Shown piece after piece: positions 49,041-57,869 of a DNA stretch of 64,000 bases. The position numbers and the translations under genes are program-made. How positions within the stretch are numbered: the first letter of the stretch is position 1; every line of letters begins with the position of its first letter. Location: the NCBI GenBank assembly GCA_025363555.1, contig JANYDQ010000236.1, positions 3,741-67,740 on the forward strand, in the 5' to 3' direction. Source of the stretch: Bacteroidota bacterium (GTDB lineage: Bacteria; Bacteroidota; Bacteroidia; 2-12-FULL-35-15). Below the pieces are notes generated by a model. That model was not told the origin of the DNA, did not search any database, and was given only the letters and a program-made list of their open reading frames with translations.

Positions 49041-50825
49041 ATGAAATTAAGATTTACCATTGGAAGAAAAATAGGATTAGGATTTGGTATTATTCTGTTT
49101 TTATTTATTGTTGCTTCTCTTCTTACTAATGTTACATTGACTGACAGCCGTCAAAAAACTGACCAGGTAACTGAAATTTACAATCCATCAGTTTCTTCTC
49201 TCAAGGAATTAAATTATCTTCTTATTCAATCCAAATTATTTATTACGACATGGTTTTATGTTCAAACCGGGGATGAAGCCCACGACAAAAAAAAATTACG
49301 CACTTTAATAGGTGAAGACTACCCCCAGTTAAAAGACAAAATAAAAAAATATTCAATACACTGGAATAATAACGAACAGAAAAGTATTGATTCTATTTTC
49401 GTTTTGGTGGAGCAAATGTTCAAAAGCTACCAGGATGATGTAATGACACAACTTAATTCATTTGACACCTATAATGATGCAAGTATTAAATTTCTTGCAC
49501 AAATTCCATTTGAAGAACTGGAAACAAAATTTAAAGTTATTAATTCAAAACTTAGTTTATTAATTGACAAACAAAATTCCAACGCATTCGACAATTCAAA
49601 TGAAATGCTTCATTCATTTAGTTTTTTACAAAAAATTGTTATCTGGTTGGGTATTATTTTGGTGTTTGGAGGAATTTTAATTGCAGTATTTACAGTTCGT
49701 TCCATTGTCCGTCCCATTCATCAGTTAAAAAAAATATTATTAATGATGGGTAAAGGGGTTTTGCCCCAGGAAAGAATTAAAGACAGAAATGATGAAATCG
49801 GGGAAATGTCTATTGCGTTAAATGGGTTAGTTGATGGCATGGCTCGAACAACTGAATTTGCAAGGGAAATAGGTGCGGGTAATTTTATTTCTCATTATCA
49901 ACCTCTGAGTAATGAAGATACTTTAGGAGCTGCCTTACTGAAGATGAGAGAAGATTTACGAGAAAATGAAAGAGTGTTGGAAGCAAAAGTTATTGAAAGA
50001 ACAGAGCAAGTAGTGCGACAAAAAGAAGAAATAGAAACACAAAATCAGGAGTTGGAAGTACTTTACAAGCACGTTACAGATAGTATTAAGTATGCAAAAA
50101 GAATCCAGGAAGCTATACTGCCACCGGATAGTTTGATGAAGCGATTACTTCCAAACTCTTTTGTATTATATAAGCCTAAAGATATTGTAAGTGGAGATTT
50201 TTACTGGATAGATGAAAAGGATGGGAAAACAATGTTTGCTGCTGTGGATTGCACGGGGCATGGCGTTCCGGGAGCATTTATGTCAATTGTAGGTTACAAC
50301 CTATTAAAACATGTTGTTAACAATAATAATTTTACAAAACCATCTTTAATTTTGGATGGGTTAAATGACGGAGTGAGTGAAACTTTACACCACGGTCACG
50401 AAGAATCTCAAGCCAAAGATGGAATGGATTTATCACTTTGCACTATAGATTTTAAAACGCTGGAATTGCAATATGCAGGTGCTTACAATCCATTGTACAT
50501 TATTAGACAAGGCGAACTATTACAAACAAAAGCCGATAAATTTCCCATTGGTTTATTTGTTGGAAAGGAAAGAAAAAAATTTACTAATCATGTTATTCAA
50601 CTTCAGAAAGGAGACTGTGTCTATATTTTTTCTGATGGTTATGCCGATCAGTTTGGTGGCGTTAGCGGCAAAAAATTTATGGCAAAACATTTCAGAGACT
50701 TACTGTTAAACGTTCATCAAAATCCAATAAATAATCAAAAAGAAATTTTAAACAATACCATTGAAGAATGGCGTGGTCATCTTGATCAGGTAGATGATAT
50801 TTTAGTTATTGGAATGAAAATATAA
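49041..50825 (+). CDS. membrane HAMP-domain PP2C/SpoIIE-type serine phosphatase
   Basis: 594 aa; two TMs flanking a sensor domain, HAMP, coiled coil, SGDFYW...DCTGHGVPGA...FSDGYADQFG. Confidence 0.85.
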   Translation: MKLRFTIGRKIGLGFGIILFLFIVASLLTNVTLTDSRQKTDQVTEIYNPSVSSLKELNYLLIQSKLFITTWFYVQTGDEAHDKKKLRTLIGEDYPQLKDKIKKYSIHWNNNEQKSIDSIFVLVEQMFKSYQDDVMTQLNSFDTYNDASIKFLAQIPFEELETKFKVINSKLSLLIDKQNSNAFDNSNEMLHSFSFLQKIVIWLGIILVFGGILIAVFTVRSIVRPIHQLKKILLMMGKGVLPQERIKDRNDEIGEMSIALNGLVDGMARTTEFAREIGAGNFISHYQPLSNEDTLGAALLKMREDLRENERVLEAKVIERTEQVVRQKEEIETQNQELEVLYKHVTDSIKYAKRIQEAILPPDSLMKRLLPNSFVLYKPKDIVSGDFYWIDEKDGKTMFAAVDCTGHGVPGAFMSIVGYNLLKHVVNNNNFTKPSLILDGLNDGVSETLHHGHEESQAKDGMDLSLCTIDFKTLELQYAGAYNPLYIIRQGELLQTKADKFPIGLFVGKERKKFTNHVIQLQKGDCVYIFSDGYADQFGGVSGKKFMAKHFRDLLLNVHQNPINNQKEILNNTIEEWRGHLDQVDDILVIGMKI

Positions 50826-51096
50826 TGCTTTTATTTTTTAAAAATTATCCACCAACCCCTCTTTTTTTGAACAATCCTGGTTGTTATTCAACAAAATAAC
50901 CTTATTTTTATAACCTAAAACAAAAAGGGTATAATATATCTTTTTTTAGAAATCGTTTAAAATGTGCAACATTCCTTAATACAAATGCATCTTAAGGGGT
51001 AAATGGATACAAAGAGCAGTTTTAAAAAACAACCTATCAATTGTTGAAACCTTTATTTATAGAATATAAGTATAATAATCTTAAAAAATCTTAGTC

Positions 51097-54000
51097 ATGA
51101 AAAAACTTTTACTACTACTAATCGTATTAACCACTTTATCAATTAAAACATTTGCACAAGCTTCACCCGAAGGAATAAATTACCAGGCTGTAGCCAGAAA
51201 TATTTCAGGCAACGCAATGTCCTTAACTCCCCTTACTGTTCGTTTTTCTGTGCACGATTTAACAGTTGGTGGAGCTATTGTTTACCAGGAAACGCATGGA
51301 ACCACCACAAATGTATATGGATTATTTACACTTGTTATTGGAAATGGTACTGTTATTACAGGTTCTTTTCCAACCATAAATTGGGGAGTTGGAAATAAAT
51401 TCCTGGAAGTTGAGGTGAATGATGGAGGCGGATATATCTCTATGGGAACAACTCAAATGATGAGTGTTCCTTATGCATTGTATGCAAAAACGGCAGGTGC
51501 CGTTGCAGGTGGAGTTAATGGACCAACTGGTGCTACCGGAGCAACCGGAATAGTTGGTATTACCGGAGCAACCGGGAATAATGGAACGAACGGAACTAAC
51601 GGAATTGCAGGAGTTACTGGTGCAACGGGTACTAATGGAACAAACGGAATAGCAGGAGCTACTGGTGCAACAGGTTCTAATGGTACAAACGGAACTAATG
51701 GTGTAGCAGGAAATACGGGTGTAACCGGAGCAACAGGTACAAATGGTATCAACGGAACAAATGGAACAGCAGGTGCTACTGGAGCCACAGGGATTGATGG
51801 TAGTACCGGAGCAACTGGTACCAACGGAACTAACGGAATTGCAGGAGCAACAGGAGTTACTGGTGCCACAGGTTCTATCGGAGCAACGGGAATAGGTGGA
51901 GCAACGGGTTCTGATGGAGCAACTGGTTCAATTGGTGCAACAGGGATAGCAGGAGCAACGGGTTCTGTTGGAGCAACGGGTTCAATAGGGGCAACAGGAA
52001 TAGATGGAGCAACCGGTTCTGTTGGAGCAACAGGTTCAATAGGTGCAACAGGGGTAGCAGGAACAACGGGTTCTGTTGGAGCTACTGGTTCAATAGGGGC
52101 AACTGGAATAGATGGTGCAACGGGTTCTGTTGGAGCAACAGGTTCAATAGGAGCTACTGGAATAGATGGCGCAACTGGTTCAATTGGCCCTACAGGTGCA
52201 ATAGGGGCAACTGGAATAGATGGTGCAACAGGGATAGCAGGAGCAACAGGTTCTGTTGGAGCAACTGGTTCAATAGGTGCAACAGGAGTAGCAGGTGCTA
52301 CAGGTTCTGTTGGTGCAACTGGTTCAACAGGTGTTGCAGGAGCAACGGGTTCTGTTGGAGCTACTGGTTCAATAGGTGCAACAGGAGTAGCGGGAGCAAC
52401 TGGTTCTGTTGGAGCTACTGGTTCTGTTGGTGCAACAGGAGTAGCAGGAGCAACGGGTTCAACAGGTGCAACAGGAGTAGCGGGAGCTACAGGTTCTGTT
52501 GGAGCAACTGGTTCAATAGGTGCAACAGGGGTAGCGGGAGCTACAGGTTCTGTTGGAGCAACTGGTTCAATTGGTGCAACTGGAGTGGCAGGCGCAACAG
52601 GAGTAGCCGGTGCTACAGGTTCTGTTGGAGCTACTGGTTCAATAGGAGCAACAGGGGTAGCTGGTGCAACAGGTTCTGTTGGAGCTACAGGTTCTGTTGG
52701 AGCAACTGGTTCAATTGGTGCAACAGGGATAGCAGGTGCTACTGGTTCAATAGGTGCAACAGGTGTTGCAGGATCAACGGGTTCTGTTGGGTCAACAGGA
52801 ACTACTGGGGTAACTGGTGCAACCGGCACCAACGGAACCAACGGAACCAACGGAACCAATGGTATAGCAGGAACTACGGGAGTAACTGGTGCAACAGGAG
52901 CAACTGGTGCAACTGGCGTAGGTCTATTAGGGTTAACTGGAGTTACTGGGGCAACCGGAGCAACCGGAACAAATGGAACTAATGGTTCTACAGGAGCAAC
53001 AGGTGCTGCTAATATCAATGGTACTATAAACAATGTTATTAAGTTTACTGCGGCAACAACAGGAGGTAATTCTCAAATTTTCGATAACGGAACAAATGTG
53101 GGTATTGGAGTACCTGCATATACCCCATCAAGTTTGCTTGAATTAAATCAAAATAATAACACCTCTACCGATGGTACATTACTTTCTATCACCAATACAA
53201 ACGGAGCAGATAATACAATTTCAGGAATTAGATTCAAATCTTCCACAGTAACTGGCAATCAAACTTATAAAGGAGGGTTATTTTTCCAAACTACAGCCAC
53301 AGCTGGCAATGGAAGGGGGGATATGATTTTGGCACTAAATACAAGTGGAGGTGCGGGAAATAATGTTAATGCTGCTGATGCAGTAATGATAATTAAAAAT
53401 TCAGGCAATGTTGGTATTGGAACTACTTCGCCAAATATTACCGGAATGACAAAAGCATTAACTGTATCTTCTGCCGAAACTTATATTAATAATGCACCTG
53501 TAGGTTTAGAATTAAAAGGTTCTACTCAAACCGGAAATGCTAAATTAGGACAAATCAGTTTTATTTCTGCTTTTGCATCCACCGAAAATGCAAGAATTGA
53601 AACAAGGACAAGTAATTCTGATGTAAGGGATGGTCAGTTAGCGTTTTATACAAGAAATACCTCTGTTGGTAATATTTTTGAAAGAATGACAATTGATGAA
53701 AACGGTAAAGTAGGTATTGGTACTTCTGCCCCTTCTGCTACTCTTCACGTTGTTGGAGGTGCACGGATTACCGGATTAGGTGGCTCTGGAATTGTTTCTG
53801 CTGATGCGCTTGGTAATTTAAGTGCTGGTGCAATTTCTGGTACCTTAAGCGGAGGCACTACCAACTATGTTCCAAAATGGTCTTCTGCTACTGCCTTATC
53901 TTCCACTTCTAATATTTATGATAATGGAACAGGTGTGGGCATTGGTACTACTGCTCCTACCACTACTCTTTCGGTGGGTAATGGTGCAACAGAAAAATTT

Positions 54001-55386
54001 CAGGTTGACGGTGCCACAGGCGATGTCAACTTCCTCGATCCACAGGGTTCTGTTACTTTCCCTGAACTTCCGGCAGGTTCAGGAGTTGCTGCTCCTATGA
54101 TTCAAATGTTTGCAAACGGGACTAATAACCTTGACAGAATGGTCATTGCACACAGTGCGGCTTTTCCAACGTATGGTTTGCAATACCAGGATGCATCTGA
54201 TAAATTTAATTTCCTTAGTAACGGCAATAATGTGATGACAGTAGATTTATCAGGTTCTAAGGTAGGGATTGGTATTTCAACTCCCGCCTCCTTATTGCAT
54301 GTTAACGGTGCTGCCCAATTGGGTTTGGCAGCTAACACCACAGGGCAGTTAATATTCAGCAACTCTCAAACAGCTAATTCTGTTACTATTCTTTCGGGGT
54401 TTACTAATGCTGCATCAGGAGGTCCTTACACCATTACATTACCTGTTTCCAATCCTACAGTTGCTAATTCGGCTTTAATAAGCACAACTTCAGGAGCTAA
54501 TGCTACCTTGGCTTGGGCTGCTCCGGGCGCTGCAGGTGCAGGACTGCCAGCAGGTACAAAATGGAAAACAATGGTATTCGACTCTGCAACCTCTTTATGG
54601 CAAGCCTCCAGTAATATTTATAATACAGGAACAAATGTGGGAATAGGTATTACATCGGGTATTACTTCAAAATTAGATGTTGCCAATAATCTTGTAACCT
54701 GGTCGCAAGGTGCAACCACTTATTCTAATGCCATCCAGGGAACAACAACTGGTTCTGCTTTTTCAAACAGAGGAACCATGGGGGTAAGTTTTGCAACCGG
54801 GACAAATGGTATCGGGATTTATGGAGCTTCTAACGGTTCAGCTACCAATAATATGGGTGTTTACGGTGATGCGCAATTTGGAACAAATAATTATGCAGGG
54901 TATTTTGACCATGGAAATGTGCTAATTAAAAATAATTTGCAGGTAAATGGAATGGTGCGATTGGGTTCTGAATCAGGTACTGCTCAACCTCCTACATATT
55001 CTTCCGCCCCTTCTTCCACCGGTCTAGTTGTCAGAAGAGTATATTCTACTGTTCAAACTGCGGGATCTGTTGTTGCTTTAACTGACCAAATAAGTCTTGA
55101 ACGCGATGGTACTTCTGGTGGCTGGAGAATAAACAGGACAGGTGCCGGTACAAATATGGTTTGCAATGTTATAGCACTCAATTCATCGGGTACAAGTGTT
55201 AATATATCTAACAGTGCACTTGCAGCAGGCATAACTACTCTATATACCAATGCTCAAAATATAGTTTTCATCCACATTATGTTTGGCGACCCTTACAATG
55301 GAGGAAATACAACAGAGGTTACCCTTACGCGTAATTCAACCGATTATTTCTGGATGGGAACTATGACTTCTACTTTTAATCAATAA
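51097..55386 (+). CDS. collagen-like (Gly-X-Y) surface protein with tail-fibre-like C-terminal region
   Basis: 1429 aa; signal peptide ...KTFAQ; about 490 aa of G-X-Y; C-terminal half has five or more (N/K)VGIG(T/I) motifs; no T9SS sorting domain seen. Confidence 0.85.
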   Translation: MKKLLLLLIVLTTLSIKTFAQASPEGINYQAVARNISGNAMSLTPLTVRFSVHDLTVGGAIVYQETHGTTTNVYGLFTLVIGNGTVITGSFPTINWGVGNKFLEVEVNDGGGYISMGTTQMMSVPYALYAKTAGAVAGGVNGPTGATGATGIVGITGATGNNGTNGTNGIAGVTGATGTNGTNGIAGATGATGSNGTNGTNGVAGNTGVTGATGTNGINGTNGTAGATGATGIDGSTGATGTNGTNGIAGATGVTGATGSIGATGIGGATGSDGATGSIGATGIAGATGSVGATGSIGATGIDGATGSVGATGSIGATGVAGTTGSVGATGSIGATGIDGATGSVGATGSIGATGIDGATGSIGPTGAIGATGIDGATGIAGATGSVGATGSIGATGVAGATGSVGATGSTGVAGATGSVGATGSIGATGVAGATGSVGATGSVGATGVAGATGSTGATGVAGATGSVGATGSIGATGVAGATGSVGATGSIGATGVAGATGVAGATGSVGATGSIGATGVAGATGSVGATGSVGATGSIGATGIAGATGSIGATGVAGSTGSVGSTGTTGVTGATGTNGTNGTNGTNGIAGTTGVTGATGATGATGVGLLGLTGVTGATGATGTNGTNGSTGATGAANINGTINNVIKFTAATTGGNSQIFDNGTNVGIGVPAYTPSSLLELNQNNNTSTDGTLLSITNTNGADNTISGIRFKSSTVTGNQTYKGGLFFQTTATAGNGRGDMILALNTSGGAGNNVNAADAVMIIKNSGNVGIGTTSPNITGMTKALTVSSAETYINNAPVGLELKGSTQTGNAKLGQISFISAFASTENARIETRTSNSDVRDGQLAFYTRNTSVGNIFERMTIDENGKVGIGTSAPSATLHVVGGARITGLGGSGIVSADALGNLSAGAISGTLSGGTTNYVPKWSSATALSSTSNIYDNGTGVGIGTTAPTTTLSVGNGATEKFQVDGATGDVNFLDPQGSVTFPELPAGSGVAAPMIQMFANGTNNLDRMVIAHSAAFPTYGLQYQDASDKFNFLSNGNNVMTVDLSGSKVGIGISTPASLLHVNGAAQLGLAANTTGQLIFSNSQTANSVTILSGFTNAASGGPYTITLPVSNPTVANSALISTTSGANATLAWAAPGAAGAGLPAGTKWKTMVFDSATSLWQASSNIYNTGTNVGIGITSGITSKLDVANNLVTWSQGATTYSNAIQGTTTGSAFSNRGTMGVSFATGTNGIGIYGASNGSATNNMGVYGDAQFGTNNYAGYFDHGNVLIKNNLQVNGMVRLGSESGTAQPPTYSSAPSSTGLVVRRVYSTVQTAGSVVALTDQISLERDGTSGGWRINRTGAGTNMVCNVIALNSSGTSVNISNSALAAGITTLYTNAQNIVFIHIMFGDPYNGGNTTEVTLTRNSTDYFWMGTMTSTFNQ
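51520..53010 (+). repeat. coding tandem repeat (GATGS[VI][10 protein letters not shown][VI][AD] units)
   Basis: Near-identical 27/54-nt units; one register break (GVGLLG); generates a spurious 520-aa antisense ORF. Confidence 0.9.
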
Positions 55387-55425
55387 AAATAAACAATAAA
55401 TAACTAACCCCAAAAATAAAAAACA

Positions 55426-55534
55426 ATGAACAAAATCACAAAAACTATTTCAATTTATGAAAGGTATGTACTTTGTAAGATTAATAGATATAGATAATAA
55501 CGTGCTTCATACTGAAAGGTTAATAAAACAATAG
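55426..55534 (+). pseudogene. orphan 3-prime fragment of a T9SS type-A sorting domain
   Basis: Reads ...KTISIYE then, after a 1-nt shift at GAAAGG, KGMYFVRLIDIDNNVLHTERLIKQ*. There is no upstream body. Confidence 0.5.
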
Positions 55535-55641
55535 AGCATTATTAACAACTCGAAGAACAAAAGAATTTAATTGATATGATGATTAAAAAGTAAAAGATTG
55601 CTTTGTTTACAAAGGAACGAATGATACATACAAAGGAGCAT

Positions 55642-55893
55642 ACAACATGTTTGTTGTAAAGCACAAGATGTTTGTTGTATCATACAACATGTTTGTTGTA
55701 TCACACAACATGTTTGTTGTATCACACAACATGTTTGTTGTATCACACAACATGTTTGTTGCATAGCACAACATGTTTGTTGCATAGCACAACATGTTTG
55801 TTGTATCACACAACATGTTTGTTGCATTACACAACATGTTTGTTGTATCACACAACATGTTTGTTGTATAGCACAACATGTTTGTTGTAACAT
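55642..55893. repeat. 12 x 21-bp perfect-phase tandem array
   Basis: ACAACATGTTTGTTG core plus 6-nt variable linker; no spacers; ends 43 nt before the ATG at 55937. Confidence 0.95.
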
Positions 55894-55936
55894 ACAAGAA
55901 TGATGAATAAGTGGTGTATAATACTTAAAAAAACGA

Positions 55937-56689
55937 ATGATTATTAAAAAACACATACTAATTACCTTAATAATAGCTTTGAGTTCAGGCATTTACGCCC
56001 AAATTCAAAATAATCCTCCCATGAGGCAGGTTTTGGGTACCACAGGCGGAACACATACCTCCGCCACCATGAGTTTGGATTATACCGTGGGCGAACCGAT
56101 GGTGGAAACGTTTACTCCCGGAAGTCCGTTTTTGGTTAAAACCATTACCCAGGGATTTCAGCAGCCTTATAATAATGCGTTAAACATTCATGTCATTCAT
56201 ACCAACTCCACCTGCATCGGTGCCAACAATGGTTCTGCATCCATTGCAGTGCTCACCAGCACCGGCACAGTTCATTATTACTGGTTTTCGCCTTTGGCAG
56301 ATAGCAGCAGCACGGTTTCTAACCTGGTGCAGGGGGTGTATCATTATTGGGTGTTTGACGGAACTTTTACCATTACCGATTCGTTGGTAATTAACGAAGA
56401 TGCAGTTCCCTGCCAGTCTCCCCTGGTGTTTTACACCGGCATAACGCCAAACGGAGACGGCAATAACGACACCTGGTGGATTACCCATATTGAGGAATAT
56501 CCTGAAAATACGGTTTCCATTTTCAACCGTTGGGGAAGTTTGGTGTGGAAAAAATCGGGGTATGACAATTCGAGCACAATTTGGGACGGGACCAATAATA
56601 ATGGTGTTTCATTGCCCGATGCCACTTATTTTTATGTAGTGGAAATTCCCAGTGGCACCTGGAAAGGCTGGGTTCAGTTAACGCATTAG
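55937..56689 (+). CDS. T9SS type-B (CHU_C) cargo protein
   Basis: 250 aa; signal peptide; C-terminal YTGITPNGDGNNDTWWI...FNRWGSLVW...YFYVVEI...GWVQLTH. Confidence 0.8.
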   Translation: MIIKKHILITLIIALSSGIYAQIQNNPPMRQVLGTTGGTHTSATMSLDYTVGEPMVETFTPGSPFLVKTITQGFQQPYNNALNIHVIHTNSTCIGANNGSASIAVLTSTGTVHYYWFSPLADSSSTVSNLVQGVYHYWVFDGTFTITDSLVINEDAVPCQSPLVFYTGITPNGDGNNDTWWITHIEEYPENTVSIFNRWGSLVWKKSGYDNSSTIWDGTNNNGVSLPDATYFYVVEIPSGTWKGWVQLTH

Positions 56690-56769
56690 GGAAGTAGGGA
56701 TTTAGAGAATTGGAGATTTAGAGAATTAATTAGGAATTAGAATTTTAAATATAGTACTTCACGCTTCGG

Positions 56770-56885
56770 CTCCCTCCCCTTTCTTCAAGGGGAGGGGTTG
56801 GGGGTGAGGTCTTCAAAGATAGAACTAATAATACAAGTATTCACACCGGCTCCCCTCTCCTTTTGGAGAGAAGTCGGGGTTAAAA
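56770..56885 (+). repeat. two tandem GC-rich hairpin REP-like elements
   Basis: CTCCCCTT-tcttc-AAGGGGAG + GGGTTGGGGGTGAGGTC; then CTCTCC-tttt-GGAGAG + AAGTCGGGGTTAAAAC. Confidence 0.55.
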
Positions 56886-56893
56886 CACAACCG

Positions 56894-57838
56894 ATGAAAA
56901 AATTAATTATTCTTTTTACCATCATCATCTCCCTCCTTTATGGAAAGGGCTGGGGTGGGATGTTGTTTGCGCAGCAAGACCCGCAATACAGCCAGTACAT
57001 GTTTAACCAAATGGCTATTAACCCTGCCTATGCCGGAAGCAAGGAAGCCATTTGCGCTGCAACTTTTCTTCGCACCCAATGGACCGGAATAGAAGGCGCG
57101 CCCAAAACGGAAACCATTACCGTTCACGGTCCGTTTGCAAAACGAAAAGTAGGTTTGGGCGGTGCCATTATTGCCGACCAGGTAGGACCCACCAAAAGCA
57201 TTGGCGTTATGGGTTCATACGCCTACCGCATAAAAATTAAAAACGGTAAATTATCTTTTGGCTTGCGTGCCGGTATTTATAACTATACCTATAACTGGGA
57301 TGCCATAACCTATAAAGACCAGGCAGACGTGTATAACACCCACACACAAACTTCGAAAATAGTGCCTACGGCAGATGCCGGCATTTATTATTATACCCGG
57401 TCAGAATACATTGGGTTAAGTGCCACTCATCTTTACAATGGAAGATTAACCACCGTTTCCAATTTTAGCGGAGACGATGTTCGCTTTTCGCGCCACTATT
57501 TTTTAACTGCGGGAAAAGCCTGGGCGTTTGGCGACAATTTTGTTTTTAACCCATCCGTTTGTGTAAAAGGTGCTAAAGGTTCGCCCTTTAATCTGGATGT
57601 AAATTTGAGTTTTTATTTGGATAAAAAATTATGGATTGGAGTTTCCGGTCGTTCCAATAAGGATTTCGTAATCTATGCCCAGGTTAATCTTACCGAAAAA
57701 TTAAAATTAGGATATGCTTTCGATTCCGGGTTTGGTCAAATTGCAAAACTGGGAAGAGGAACTCACGAACTGATGTTGAGTTACGACTTTAATGTGTTTA
57801 AATCAAAAATGCTTTCACCTCGACATTTATATTTTTAA
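56894..57838 (+). CDS. T9SS membrane protein PorP/SprF family
   Basis: Start moved to MKKLIILF at 56894 (the listed N-terminus is translated REP element); AQQDPQYSQYMFNQMAINPAYAGS signature. Confidence 0.85.
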   Translation: MKKLIILFTIIISLLYGKGWGGMLFAQQDPQYSQYMFNQMAINPAYAGSKEAICAATFLRTQWTGIEGAPKTETITVHGPFAKRKVGLGGAIIADQVGPTKSIGVMGSYAYRIKIKNGKLSFGLRAGIYNYTYNWDAITYKDQADVYNTHTQTSKIVPTADAGIYYYTRSEYIGLSATHLYNGRLTTVSNFSGDDVRFSRHYFLTAGKAWAFGDNFVFNPSVCVKGAKGSPFNLDVNLSFYLDKKLWIGVSGRSNKDFVIYAQVNLTEKLKLGYAFDSGFGQIAKLGRGTHELMLSYDFNVFKSKMLSPRHLYF

Positions 57839-57869
57839 TATCAACAAAAAACGATTGCGTACAATTGAT

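Noticed and set aside
51471-53033. 520-aa minus-strand ORF rich in Pro/Val/Ala ([13 protein letters not shown]...)
   Set aside because: It is the exact antisense image of the Gly-X-Y repeat of the collagen-like gene. GGN/GCN/ACN codons read backwards give stop-free Pro/Val/Ala codons. It has no independent start context or non-repeat sequence.
55642-55893. CRISPR array
   Set aside because: The units are contiguous with no unique spacers, the 21-nt period is too short, and there are no cas genes in the window.
55642-55893. Stack of Bacteroidota promoters (CATGTTTG resembles TAnnTTTG, TTTG resembles the -33 box)
   Set aside because: The spacing between TTTG and the next CATGTTTG is 13 nt (or 34), not the roughly 19 nt expected, and the first base of the -7-like octamer is C, not T.
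55567-55992. Three overlapping ORFs (141, 96, 72 aa) with QQTCCVI / TNMLCDT / TTCLLYH heptads
   Set aside because: All are the 21-bp tandem array read in different frames and strands. A 7-aa period equals the DNA period, and there is no flanking protein-like sequence.
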